Origin: an uncultured delta proteobacterium
GTDB lineage: Bacteria; Desulfobacterota; WTBG01; CAIYCZ01; CAIRTM01
DNA: 64,000 nt
Direction: 5' to 3'
Assembly (NCBI GenBank): GCA_963804955.1
Contig: CAWDSQ010000022.1
Location: 64,001 to 128,000, forward strand
The notes beneath the pieces are model-generated. The model saw only the letters and a list, made by a program, of their open reading frames with translations, was not told the origin of the DNA and made no database searches. A program made the position numbers and the translations under genes. Of this stretch, positions 44,113 through 54,408 are shown one piece after another. The stretch's first letter is position 1. The number at the start of each line of letters is the position of its first letter.

Positions 44113-45249
44113 TATGAAACAGTCAGTTTAAAAATCATGCTTGCATTACTGGCGCTGGCCTCAGTGTGCCTGCAGCCCGCGCTCTGCCGGGCCGAGGCGA
44201 AAAAGGGCCTGCTGGTCTATGACTCTATCTACAGCTCGACCGCTGAGGTCGCCTACTGGCTCAAGGCCATTATCGGCAATGAGCAGCAGCTGGATGTTAA
44301 AAAAATAGATCAGGTGCTAACGGTTAAGCCCTATGACTATGTCATCATCGGCAGCTACTCGAAATGGGAAAAGCCTTCGCCGCGGATTTACAAATTTATC
44401 GAATTCTGGAAAGATGAGCTGGCGAAAAAACAGGTGTGTTACTTTCTGACCGGCGGCGACTGGGATGAGACAATGCTGCTGAAAGCGCCGGGCGCCCCGA
44501 TCAAGCTCATTGCGGGAAGAAATTACCTGTTTGATCTGAAAGAAAAGTACCCGAACATCAAGCCGGTTCTCATGGGCGGCTTCGGCGGCCGGCAGGTACA
44601 GCCCACGTTGCAGGGTACCGACGGTTTCATGATCTGGGTGCTCGAAAAGCTGTCGCGCGAAGGCGCGCACTGGGTCGGCATCGATATCTGGGAGTCGCTG
44701 GTGCCCGAGCGCGTCGAAGTGTTCGGCAATGAGGTGCGCACAAAAATTCTGGGGCTTGAGCCCCTTGCCGACGTGCAGAAATACCGCGGGTTCTGGAACT
44801 CGCTGCAGCCCGCATCGCTTAAGGATCCCTCTAAAGTAAAAACTACGAATCTTATTTCAAAAGACAACGGCGAGACCTGGGTGCCGGTATCGGAGCGGCC
44901 CTATACCGTGAAGCTCAGCTCCAAAAAATCCTACTATTCGCGCTCGAGGATCAAGGCCGATCTACCCGCAACCGCCAGGCTTCTTGCCGAGTGGGCAGGC
45001 AAGAACGGCTTTGAGCTGAAGAAGGAACGTGAGGCCGACTACATGACCTGGTTTACTGCCATGAAAAAAGGCGGGGACAAAGAAGAGACCCTCTCTATCG
45101 TTATGGCCACCATGCCTGATGACCCGGGCAATGTTCATGTTTCATTCCGCTCCTGGCTCAAGCCCGAAAAGCGCGCGGCGCTTGAAGACTCGGCAGCCAA
45201 GGCAGAGCAGCTGCTCTGGGCCGATGGCCGGAAGGTTGCGGGCAGATAA
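44113..45249 (+). CDS. Exported protein with HemG-type flavodoxin domain and C-terminal extension
   Basis: Signal peptide; LLVYDSIYSSTAEVA, YDYVIIGS, MGGFGG; exact start uncertain. Confidence 0.65.
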   Translation, partial: YETVSLKIMLALLALASVCLQPALCRAEAKKGLLVYDSIYSSTAEVAYWLKAIIGNEQQLDVKKIDQVLTVKPYDYVIIGSYSKWEKPSPRIYKFIEFWKDELAKKQVCYFLTGGDWDETMLLKAPGAPIKLIAGRNYLFDLKEKYPNIKPVLMGGFGGRQVQPTLQGTDGFMIWVLEKLSREGAHWVGIDIWESLVPERVEVFGNEVRTKILGLEPLADVQKYRGFWNSLQPASLKDPSKVKTTNLISKDNGETWVPVSERPYTVKLSSKKSYYSRSRIKADLPATARLLAEWAGKNGFELKKEREADYMTWFTAMKKGGDKEETLSIVMATMPDDPGNVHVSFRSWLKPEKRAALEDSAAKAEQLLWADGRKVAGR

Positions 45250-45311
45250 CACGGCTGCAAATCGTTTTGAAACGGCATGTGCCAATAACGCAGTTACAGG
45301 GAGTACACACC

Positions 45312-45585
45312 ATGAAATGTCCGATATGTGACATAGATCTTCAGATTGCAGAACGGCAGGGCGTTGAAATCGACTACTGCTCCAAGTGCCGCGGCGTGTG
45401 GCTGGACAGGGGCGAGCTTGACAAGATCATCGAGCGCTCGGCAGCTGAATTGCAGCCGAACGCAGCCTGCCCCGGGGCAGGGGTATCCGAACACCGGCTA
45501 CTATGACAAACATCATGACAGCCATCACGGCGATCCGCATCATTACAAGCGGCGAAAAAGTTTTCTTGAGCAGCTGTTCGACTAA
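45312..45585 (+). CDS. zf-TFIIB-like zinc-ribbon protein, indel near 45460
   Basis: MKCPIC..ERQGVEIDYCSKCRGVWLDRGELDKII...KRRKSFLEQLFD. Confidence 0.85.
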
Positions 45586-45653
45586 ACATCAGCGGCTGCG
45601 GCAGCATGCAAACTGCCTAAATAAAATCATCGCAGATGTTTCAAGCGGGGCAG

Positions 45654-45675
45654 GCCCGGCATTGTGCCGGGTCTT
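45654..45675 (+). terminator. GC-rich hairpin, possible terminator
   Basis: GGCCCGGCA-ttg-TGCCGGGTC. Confidence 0.4.
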
Positions 45676-45745
45676 CGCGTTCGCGGCATACTGTTTTTAG
45701 CACATGCCCGATCGAATGGGCGCAACGGTTGTTTCGGTAATCGGC

Positions 45746-46436
45746 ATGAAAATTTTTTTTTAAAATCCTGCTTGATGCTGCTCTTATTGCATCGGGCTGC
45801 TTTCTAGTTTTTTATTATGATTTGCCGAGCCTCTTCAGCAGTGAAGAAAAAGTGCTTCAAGCGATCGAGGCGTTGGGCCCGTTATCTATTCTTGCGTTCA
45901 TGCTCCTGCAGATTCTGCAGGTCATCATCACTCCCATTCCCGGCGAGGTGACCGGGCTTATCGGCGGGTATCTGTATGGCCCGATGCTCGGCACTGTTTA
46001 CTCAACCATCGGTCTTACCTTCGGTTCATTGATTGCTTTCAGCCTTGCGCGGGCGTACGGACTTCCGTGTGTCGAAAAAATTATTTCCCCGTCTGCACTC
46101 AGAAGGTATGATGGTTTTATTGAAACAAAGGGCATGCTTCTCTGCTTTTTATTTTTTATCATTCCTGGAGCCCCCAAGGATATTATGTGCTACGTGATAG
46201 GTCTAAGCCGCATGCCGATAACAATTTTTCTGGTGCTCTCCACATCAGGCAGGCTGCTGGGCACCATTCTGCTCTCGGCAGCCGGGAGCAGCCTTCGTAA
46301 TCATCGGCATGACACGCTGATTATTATTGCAGGAGCTGCCGGCGTGTTTGCGCTGACGGCATATGTCTATAACTATTATAAAAATTCAGTCGTCCTCAAC
46401 AACAAGAAATGCAGTTTTTTGAAAGGAGAGCAATAA
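45746..46436 (+). CDS. TVP38/TMEM64 (DedA/VTT) family membrane protein
   Basis: LQVIITPIPGEV, GGYLYG, FIIPGAPKD; start shifted in a T-homopolymer. Confidence 0.85.
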
Positions 46437-46439
46437 CCC

Positions 46440-47336
46440 ATGAAGAAAGCATTTAAAATCGCCGGCGCAGTCATTGGTGCTTTTATTGTCATTGCCGTCA
46501 TATTTATTGCGGCCTACAAACCGGCGCAATATTCAGACTTCAATATCTATGCAAAACTGCGCAGCTTTACGATAGACCTGCTTCAGGAGTATAAGGCAAC
46601 CGAGCGCCCAATCACGCAGGAATTTAAAAATTTTTCTCTGGACCTGTCGTTTCCCTACAATAAACTTTTTGGCGACAGCGCTCTGGGCGTCCCCCTGGTC
46701 TCCTATGAGAGCAGCCGGATAACAGCCGCCAGCATCAGCCAGTTTGAAGTGCCCCCCCAATCCGGCTACTACCGGGACTTCACTTTTAACCTGCGACCGA
46801 ACTTTGCCTGCAGGGCGCCGGTGTTTCACATTGATTTCATGAAGCCGTCTCCGGGACTGCCCGGCCTGTGCAGCATGGATTTTTTCAACGTCGATCCCGA
46901 GCAAATCAGTCTAGAGGCATTCCTGGGCACGGAGCTGGAGACGGTGAAAAAGGCCATGGCACTGGTTGAAAAATATCAGCGCACGGCGGCCGAGGGCAGA
47001 GGCAAGATAACGGCATATCTTGATCCCTGGAAATCAAAATATCGCATGGAGCTGCAGGAGCCGCAAACAACAGATGAAAAGGTTCGCCAGCAATATTATG
47101 AGACCGTGGCGGAAGCCTATAAGCTGGCATTGTCGGCTTATATGAAGCGCCTGTACAGCCTTCAACCTGATCCGGGCTATGCAAAACAGCATGAAGAAAA
47201 GACTCGGGTATTTGTCCAGGCGCTCTATGACAAGGATTTTGCCGTAAACATGGGCAGAAAAATATTCAAAGACAGCTTTAAAAAATACTGGCTGGACGGG
47301 TTCTGGACAGTGTCTATATCCATGCAGGAAAAATGA
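46440..47336 (+). CDS. Membrane-anchored protein resembling ferredoxin-dependent bilin reductases (PcyA/PebA/RCCR fold)
   Basis: N-terminal TM segment; FNLRPNFACRAPVFHIDFM...CSMDFF and DKDFAVNMGRKIF..YWLDGFW align by eye with FDBR motifs. Confidence 0.5.
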   Translation: MKKAFKIAGAVIGAFIVIAVIFIAAYKPAQYSDFNIYAKLRSFTIDLLQEYKATERPITQEFKNFSLDLSFPYNKLFGDSALGVPLVSYESSRITAASISQFEVPPQSGYYRDFTFNLRPNFACRAPVFHIDFMKPSPGLPGLCSMDFFNVDPEQISLEAFLGTELETVKKAMALVEKYQRTAAEGRGKITAYLDPWKSKYRMELQEPQTTDEKVRQQYYETVAEAYKLALSAYMKRLYSLQPDPGYAKQHEEKTRVFVQALYDKDFAVNMGRKIFKDSFKKYWLDGFWTVSISMQEK

Positions 47337-47488
47337 AATTGAAATATAATGACGAGCTGGCGTTTTTCATTGCCGGCCCTTCGGCCTGGAGGGTCGGCAT
47401 ACGTACTGACTGTTTCGGTGCTTCTGCCGGGAGCAGCAGGAATCAGTTAGTTGTTGCCCTTTGCTCAGCATGAAGGTATTAGGTCCTC

Positions 47489-48397
47489 ATGAACCGTTCC
47501 GCTCTCACCCGCTATGCATGGCTGTCAATTGCGGCAGCAGTTGCGACCATGGCGCTCAAAGCAGCTGCCTACTGGCTGACCGGATCTGTCGGCCTGCTCT
47601 CGGATGCCGTAGAATCAATAGTCAACCTGCTTGGCGCTGTGATAGCCCTTGTCGTGTTGACGATTGCAGCGCGCCCGCCGGATGACGACCATGCTTACGG
47701 ACATGGCAAGGCTGAATATTTCGCCAGCGGTGCTGAAGGAACTCTGATTCTGATTGCTGCCATAAGCATCGCCATGGCAGCGGCCAACCGCCTCATCCAT
47801 CCCCAGCCCATCGAACAGGCCGGCGCCGGCCTTGCGGTATCAACTTTTGCTTCACTGATAAACTTCGTTGTCGCGCGCATCCTGCTGCGTGCCGGAAAGC
47901 AGCACCGATCCATCACCCTTGAGGCTGACGCGCGGCATCTTATGACCGATGTCTGGACCTCTGCAGGCGTGATCGGTGGCATCATTGCCGTGACGCTTAC
48001 GGGCTGGCAGATACTTGATCCGCTTATCGCCCTGGGCGTTGCCGTCAATATCGTCTGGTCGGGCTATTATCTTATCAAACGCTCCACTATGGGGCTTATG
48101 GATTCGGCTTTGCCGCCGGAAGAGCTCGCTGAAGTTGCGCGAATTCTTGAAAAATACGCGCAGCAGGGCCTGCAGTACCATGCCCTGCGCACCCGGCAGG
48201 CCGCCTCCCGCCGCTTCGTATCGGTGCATGTGCTGGTGCCCGGCTTCTGGACGGTCGATGCGGGCCACGATCTGCTGGAGCATTTGGAGGCCGATATTCG
48301 AGCAGCCCTGCCGGAGGTAACGATAACTACCCACCTTGAGCCGCTTGAAGATCCCACGTCACAGCAGGACAAGGAACTCGACCGCCCGTCAGTCTGA
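47489..48397 (+). CDS. Cation diffusion facilitator (FieF-like)
   Basis: [41 protein letters not shown]. Confidence 0.92.
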   Translation: MNRSALTRYAWLSIAAAVATMALKAAAYWLTGSVGLLSDAVESIVNLLGAVIALVVLTIAARPPDDDHAYGHGKAEYFASGAEGTLILIAAISIAMAAANRLIHPQPIEQAGAGLAVSTFASLINFVVARILLRAGKQHRSITLEADARHLMTDVWTSAGVIGGIIAVTLTGWQILDPLIALGVAVNIVWSGYYLIKRSTMGLMDSALPPEELAEVARILEKYAQQGLQYHALRTRQAASRRFVSVHVLVPGFWTVDAGHDLLEHLEADIRAALPEVTITTHLEPLEDPTSQQDKELDRPSV

Positions 48398-48716
48398 ATC
48401 GGCAGCAAATGATAATCCTCCGTTAAAAGAACGGGGGGCAGCCATCACGGCAGCATTGCTAAATGAAATTTTACAAATGCAGAAGGTTGGATATCTCATC
48501 GTTTCATGGCATAATTAGATATATTGCCACCATGTTCAGCTTTAATAATAATTCATAGCTGTCCAGTAGTGGCTTTATTAAACAAAGGTATGACCTGTTC
48601 CACCAACTTAACCGGAAAGACGAAAGTACGATCATTCTTGTAGCACTCGGACCCGGGGTGTCACAGCATGCCACGGGAATAATCCATATCAGCAATGACA
48701 TGCCTCTGGGAGGCGC

Positions 48717-50105
48717 ATGATGAAATTGCACAGGATACTGCGCACTGTCCGCACGGCCCTGCGGGCGCTGAGGCACAACCCGATGCGGGCCGCTTTAACG
48801 GCCCTCGGGATTATTATCGGCGTGGCAGCAGTGATCGTCATGATGGAAATCGGCAAGGGTTCATCGGCAGCCATCCAGCGGACCATCGCCAGCATGGGCG
48901 CCAACAACCTGCTGGTTCATCCGGGCGCGGCGGCAAGCGGCGGGGTGAGCTTCGGCGGCGGCAGCGGCATGAACCTCACCCCTGAGGACTGCGACGCCAT
49001 TATTCGTGAATGCCCGGCAGTTGGCAGCGTTACTTTCGAGGTGCAGGCCCGCGCGCAGATTACCTATGGCAACCGCAACTGGGTTCCCCTGGCAATCAAC
49101 GGCACTACTCCTTCCTATCTTGATGTCCGCAACTGGAACAATCTGGCAGAGGGCGAAATGTTCACGGACCGCGATGTTCGCAACGGCAGCAAGGTGTGCG
49201 TGCTCGGGCAGACGATCGTGCGGGAGCTTTTTCAAGGTGCGTCGCCCATCGGCAGGGAAGTGCGGGTGAAGAATGTCTCTTTCAAGGTGATCGGCGTACT
49301 CAGTGCCAAGGGGGCAAATATGATGGGAAGGGATCAGGATGATATACTGCTTGCGCCCTGGACAACAATCAAGCACCGGGTGACCGGCTCATCTGCGGCC
49401 ACAGTAAACCAGAGCAACTCCTCGTCGGACTCGTCCTCCTCGGGAGTGAACTCGCTTTCCAAACTGTATCCCAATGCCCGGCTTAACCTCTATCCGGTGC
49501 CGTCGGCGACTCAGCAGGCCAACACGCCTTTGCCTGTACGCTTTGCCAATGTCGATCATATTCTGATCTCCGTCCGGGAAGCTCAGGATATCCCCCTGGC
49601 AATGCGGCAAATAAACGAACTGCTCCGGGAGCGCCACCGCCTTCAGCCGCATGAGCCCGATGATTTCAATATTCGCGATATGACCGAAATGAGCAAAACC
49701 CTCTCGTCAACATCAGTCCTGATGACCAATCTGCTGCTGAGCGTTGCCCTGATTTCACTGGTTGTGGGCGGGGTGGGAATCATGAACATTATGCTGGTAT
49801 CCGTGACGGAGCGCACCCGTGAGATCGGGCTGCGGATGGCGGTCGGGGCACGGGCCCGTGACATCATGCGCCAATTTCTGGTGGAGGCCGTTGCCCTGTG
49901 CCTGGCCGGCGGCGCTATCGGAATCTTGCTCGGCTGCGGCAGCTCCTGCCTGGTGACTCTTCTGTTGAGCTGGCCCACAAAGACTTCGCTGCCTGCTATA
50001 GTGACCTCAGTTATAGTTTCCGTGGGCGTGGGCATAGTTTTCGGGTTCTATCCGGCATGGAAGGCTTCACGTCTTGATCCGATCGAGGCACTGCGCTACG
50101 AATGA
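48717..50105 (+). CDS. MacB/FtsX-like ABC transporter permease (no ATPase domain)
   Basis: LTALGIIIGVAAV, VGGVGIMNIMLVSVTERTREIGLRMAVGA, PAWKASRLDPIEALRYE. Confidence 0.92.
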   Translation: MMKLHRILRTVRTALRALRHNPMRAALTALGIIIGVAAVIVMMEIGKGSSAAIQRTIASMGANNLLVHPGAAASGGVSFGGGSGMNLTPEDCDAIIRECPAVGSVTFEVQARAQITYGNRNWVPLAINGTTPSYLDVRNWNNLAEGEMFTDRDVRNGSKVCVLGQTIVRELFQGASPIGREVRVKNVSFKVIGVLSAKGANMMGRDQDDILLAPWTTIKHRVTGSSAATVNQSNSSSDSSSSGVNSLSKLYPNARLNLYPVPSATQQANTPLPVRFANVDHILISVREAQDIPLAMRQINELLRERHRLQPHEPDDFNIRDMTEMSKTLSSTSVLMTNLLLSVALISLVVGGVGIMNIMLVSVTERTREIGLRMAVGARARDIMRQFLVEAVALCLAGGAIGILLGCGSSCLVTLLLSWPTKTSLPAIVTSVIVSVGVGIVFGFYPAWKASRLDPIEALRYE

Positions 50106-50208
50106 ACATACCGGCAAGCCGGGCCTGATCTAGCCCCCTCCTCCTGCATGCACATCTTGTTGATGAGCCCGGCCTCAGTCCTGTATTAGGGAAATAGGTT
50201 GAAATTGT

Positions 50209-50427
50209 TTCCATGCGCTGCGGCATTTTGGTGCTTCGGTGCTGGATAATGCTCATGTGAATATCGGCTCAATCCAGCGAATACTCAGGCATTAAAACAG
50301 AACGACAACTGAAATTTACCTGCATTCGATCGGCGAGTCGGAGCGTTAAGCGATGCGGGTATATGAGCGGGAATTGGAAAAGTCACACACTAATTCACAC
50401 ACAGAAACAAAAGAGGCTAGCGCCTGA
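50209..50427 (+). pseudogene. Tyrosine integrase C-terminal remnant
   Basis: Manual translation FHALRHFGASVLDNAHVNIGSIQRILRH*NRTTTEIYLHSIGESER*AMRVYERELEK... shows HxxR, LGH-like and catalytic Y motifs with two in-frame TAA. Confidence 0.85.
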
Positions 50428-50442
50428 AACGCTAACCTCTTG
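50409..50442 (-). terminator. Hairpin/terminator downstream of tRNA-Lys
   Basis: AAGAGGCTAGCG-cctgaaa-CGCTAACCTCTT with a T-run on the minus strand. Confidence 0.6.
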
Positions 50443-50451
50443 AATTTACTA

Positions 50452-50524
<73 letters not shown>

Positions 50525-50552
50525 GGTAAAAGCCTTAAAAAATAATTTTGTA

Positions 50553-50581
50553 CTTTTAACATAAACGCAAAGGTAAATCAA
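50553..50581 (-). promoter_or_regulatory. Putative tRNA promoter
   Basis: Minus strand TTGATT-N17-TAAAAG with TG extension. Confidence 0.35.
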
Positions 50582-50730
50582 TCTGTTTTTTGTGTTCAAG
50601 CAAGAAGCTTTGGCAGCGTACCCATTGGGTTCATCTCTTGCCCCCCAGACGGTAGACGCAGACGCAAATATCTGTTAAGGTTTTTCGTGTAAAGAAAAAC
50701 CGGGTCCATTTTTTTAAAAAAGAGGGCTGC

Positions 50731-51349
50731 ATGAAAAAGGAAATAGTGCCTGAATTTCTTTGGCATCTGGACAAAGTGGTTTTTACGTTTCAGACCACCA
50801 TCATCACCACGGTTGACGCCCGGGGCAGGGTTAACGCCGCACCCTTCGGGCTTGTCTACCCTTTCAGCACAGGCACCGGCTCACCGCAGATGCTTGCCGG
50901 CATCAACAGCCGCTGGCATACGGCTCAGAACATTCTTGAGACAAAGGAATTTGTCATCAATTATCCGCCGCGCAGGCTGCTGGAGCAGGCTACGGCAACA
51001 GGCCTCTTTTATCCCCGAAGGAGTCAACGAACTTGAAAAGACGGGCCTTGAGGCATTGCCGTCGCTGCAGGTACAGCCGCCGCGAATAAAGGACTGCTAC
51101 CAGCATATCGAGTGCCGCCTGGCAACCGTGCTGCAGCCCAATGAGGCGCAGATAAATTTTATCGGCGATATTGTCGCCATATCCATGGATGAAGCGCTTG
51201 TGGACATGCAGCGGCAGGAGCGGGTGCGCGCTGCTGATCCGCTCATGTTTCTCGGACTTGACATCATGACGTTTGCAGGCACCTATGGCCGCCTTGACGG
51301 GCTCTGCGAATATACACCGCCCACAGTGGACCTTGAGCGGAACGACTAG
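50731..51349 (+). CDS. Flavin reductase family protein (DIM6/NTAB), indel near 51015
   Basis: ITTVDARGRVNAAPF, HTAQNILETKEFVIN, PPRIKDCYQHIECRL. Confidence 0.85.
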
Positions 51350-51487
51350 TTGTCAGAACTTCATCGGCAGGGGCTCTGATTATATGGTAATGATTCAGCT
51401 CAAGACCGAGCATCGCTCCAAGTCATGCATACCTGCTGTTGAAGCATCGCTGCAAACAAAGAGATCGGGCAGCTGCATGCCGGAGTT

Positions 51488-52207
51488 TTAGCGTGCGGCG
51501 CCATTTGTGACTGAAAACCACGCCATGCAGTCAAACGGAAGCCGCTCAGAGGCTTTAACGCCATGCTGTTTGAGCTGCTCATAAAACGGCAGTTTCCCCG
51601 CCTCCATCACCAGAACCTTTTCTGCGCAGGAAAACCTGAGGGTTTTATGAAAATGCTCAAAAAGCTCCTTGAGCTCAGGATAGATGAGCGCGCTGTTGGC
51701 AAGAGCTTTCACGAATCCGTTAAAATCGCCGCTGCTTGGCCTTCCCCGCCGCGCGTCCCAATCCGGTGACTGATGTGCGGCCAGCGCGAGCCGCAGCGAC
51801 AGCTCACGGGACCCGTTTGGCGTGTCCGGTTCGAGCCTGCCCCAGAATAGGGTGCGGAAAGCCTCTGCTTTCTCCCTGCTTTGAAAAAACTCCCGGCAGA
51901 TATGTTCCAGCAGCGTAACCTGCAGCGCCAGGGGCGCCGCACACTGGCTGCGGTGCAGGACAACGCCTTTTTCGGAGGCACGGGCAACCCAGGTAATCGT
52001 ACAGCCGTCCTTTGACATGCTGTACTGCGTGGCATTATCCCGCTGGCTGTGCTCAACAGTGACAGTGCTTTCTCCTGCCGGCCTCACCGGATCATCGGCG
52101 ATTCGGTCGTTTTCTCCCGAAGCATATGAAAAGGCAAACAGAACAAGGCCTGCCGCAGGAGCTGCCGCAGGGCGGAGATGATGCCTGACTGCTTGTAAAA
52201 TTTTCAT
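51488..52207 (-). CDS. Exported hypothetical protein
   Basis: Probable start MKILQAV with a signal-like segment; 3' part of ORF 51488..52525. Confidence 0.6.
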   Translation of the reverse strand: MKILQAVRHHLRPAAAPAAGLVLFAFSYASGENDRIADDPVRPAGESTVTVEHSQRDNATQYSMSKDGCTITWVARASEKGVVLHRSQCAAPLALQVTLLEHICREFFQSREKAEAFRTLFWGRLEPDTPNGSRELSLRLALAAHQSPDWDARRGRPSSGDFNGFVKALANSALIYPELKELFEHFHKTLRFSCAEKVLVMEAGKLPFYEQLKQHGVKASERLPFDCMAWFSVTNGAAR

Positions 52208-52439
52208 GGCAAGTCCCCCGTAGCTTATTTTAAAAACCGTATCTTTAGGATTGCAAAATTTCATGGTTATGCTATTGCGCTTTTTAGTGCATGCGGTCTG
52301 GTTATTGTAATAGGGCATTGATCCGCCCCTGTCAACAGCCAGCCGTACTGAGGCGGGCCTTGATATCCCCAAAATGGAATGCAGGGCAGGGTTGCCTTCT
52401 GTCTCCACCGCAAAACAGATGGAAGCATACAATACTATC

Positions 52440-52743
52440 ATGCTGTGCAAGCAGTGCAACAGGCCATTTGAGAATGACGAAAGGGTCGCCTCCATATCCG
52501 GAAGCATCATGGGGGATGAGGTCACCGACTCCTATTTTCTCTGCCCCGTTTGCAGGGTCTATACCGTGGCGCAGTGGTGGGATGACTTTACCGGCGTGGA
52601 GACCATGAGCCTGCCGGGACCGCTGCCAAAGCAGGAAGGGGATCAGGCGGATTGAGCCCTCATCGGGAAGTGCTCGCGAGCCCTGGGACAAAAAGTGCCG
52701 CTGCGATGCCCACCGCGCTTATTTCAACAACACGCTTGACTGA
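52440..52743 (+). CDS. Cys-rich zinc-ribbon hypothetical protein, indel near 52650
   Basis: MLCKQC...CPVC...C..PWDKKCRCDAH. Confidence 0.6.
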
Positions 52744-52788
52744 TAGAGGCGGCAGGCAGCAAACAATTCATGAAGGGGGTGCGCGCGT

Positions 52789-53334
52789 ATGGCCATACTG
52801 ACTTTTTTTTATAAGAACGGTCTTTGGCTGTCATGGCCGGTATTCGGCCTCGGGGTGTTTCTGCTCTGGTTTTTTATCATGACCGTGATACGGCTGGGAG
52901 ACAAAAACCGCCTGTGCAGCCTTCCTCTGGAGGCCGAGCAAAGCGTAGAGTTTAGCGAGGCGGGCCAGGTAATCCTCTGGCTGGAGGGGCCGCTGCTCAC
53001 CACCCGCTTCGGGGGCCTCAGCTTTGAGCTGACCGGTATCGACGGCTCGTCACTGCAAGGGCGTATGGCCCTGTTCCGGCAGGGTTCGTCAGGTTTTTCG
53101 AAAGTACGAATAGCGGATCGGGTCTTCGCCATCCCCTATCCCGGCACCTATGTTCTGCACACAAAAGGGCTCGGCGCTGCGAAGGCCGGCGACGAGAAGC
53201 ACAGGATCATATTCATGCGGCCCTATCTTCAACAGACCATAGGCTGCATACTGGGCATCTTGCTGGGGGCCTTTCTTGCCATCGGAAGCATCGTGAATTT
53301 TTTTATCCGCCTTTCGGAGGGGGGCGGCTCATGA
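52789..53334 (+). CDS. Membrane protein
   Basis: TM segments at both termini. Confidence 0.7.
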   Translation: MAILTFFYKNGLWLSWPVFGLGVFLLWFFIMTVIRLGDKNRLCSLPLEAEQSVEFSEAGQVILWLEGPLLTTRFGGLSFELTGIDGSSLQGRMALFRQGSSGFSKVRIADRVFAIPYPGTYVLHTKGLGAAKAGDEKHRIIFMRPYLQQTIGCILGILLGAFLAIGSIVNFFIRLSEGGGS

Positions 53335-54133
53335 ACGATTCAGGCTACTGGACAGGGCTTATCATTACAGTTCTGGTGATAGGTGTGGCCTTTTTCTGCC
53401 TGTTTCTCGGTGTTGCGATTTTTATTTTTGTGTATGACCGCATAAGCGTCTTTGAAATATGGAACTCCCCGGTCTGGATCAAGCTAAAAGTGCCGTTCAT
53501 CATCATCGCGGTCATCGCCTTCCTGGCGGGAGTGATCGCCTTAGCCCGCTATCAAGGGCAAAAGGAACTGCAGGCAGCGCAGGAATACGCCCGGGCGCAA
53601 GGGCTGGGGCTTTGCACGCCACGACACGCAGGGGCTAACGGCCCGGGCTGGGGAAATTCTTTGGGATCTTAAAAATATCGTATGTCTATTACATCAGAAC
53701 CGTGGAGACCGGGCAGCGCAGCCTGTATCTTTTTGACTGCTCATATAATCATAAGGAAGATGCTGCCCGCAGGTCCTCCTCCTCTGGAGTGGCATGCCTG
53801 ATCCAATCCGAGCGGTTCAGCCCGGCAACTGTACCCGTGGATATTGTCGGCCGGGACTGGACAGAGGTGATGATCCCGGACAAAGTCGATATGGGCCAGT
53901 CCCCGTTTGCCGAGAAGTTTCTCGTTCTGTCAAAACATTCTGCCGGGGCACAACAAGCCGTCAGCCCCGCCATTCAGGCGATTATGCTTGAGCATCTGCA
54001 AAAGCCGCTTCACAACCCCGTCAGCGTGAGCCTCGGGCCCGGCGGGGCAGTGGTGATGACAGACCGCACGAGCGAACCCGAGCGCCTGCAGGAACTCCTT
54101 GACCTTGCGCGCCGGATTGAATCGGCAGAATAA
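53331..54133 (+). CDS. Membrane-anchored hypothetical protein, indels at 53600-53700
   Basis: ORFs 53331..53672 and 53702..54133 appear to be one gene; ATGA overlap with the upstream gene. Confidence 0.55.
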
Positions 54134-54408
54134 AATACAAGGGGGCGCCCATTTCTCCTCTTCTCTGTATCCATCCCTGACTCATGGTCAGCATCAGCTG
54201 CGGGTGCCACGTTACACGAGAACCGCCTGAAGCACCAATGAAGATCTTGTGGAATAGCCATAGCCGGCCCCTATGCGTGCTTGATGACAGTATTTTTTTG
54301 CGATGAAAGCGAGCTGCTTTTCTGTTACTATGGCAAAAATGTGTTTCTTTAAAGAAACAGCGAGTGAGCAATCCCCTGGTGTTCGAGCGTCGAAAAACGA
54401 GCAAGGAT

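Noticed and set aside
47340..47488. Metal or fluoride riboswitch upstream of the CDF gene
   Set aside because: A hairpin (TGCCGGCCCT...AGGGTCGGCA) exists, but I could not match NiCo, yybP-ykoY or fluoride consensus elements.
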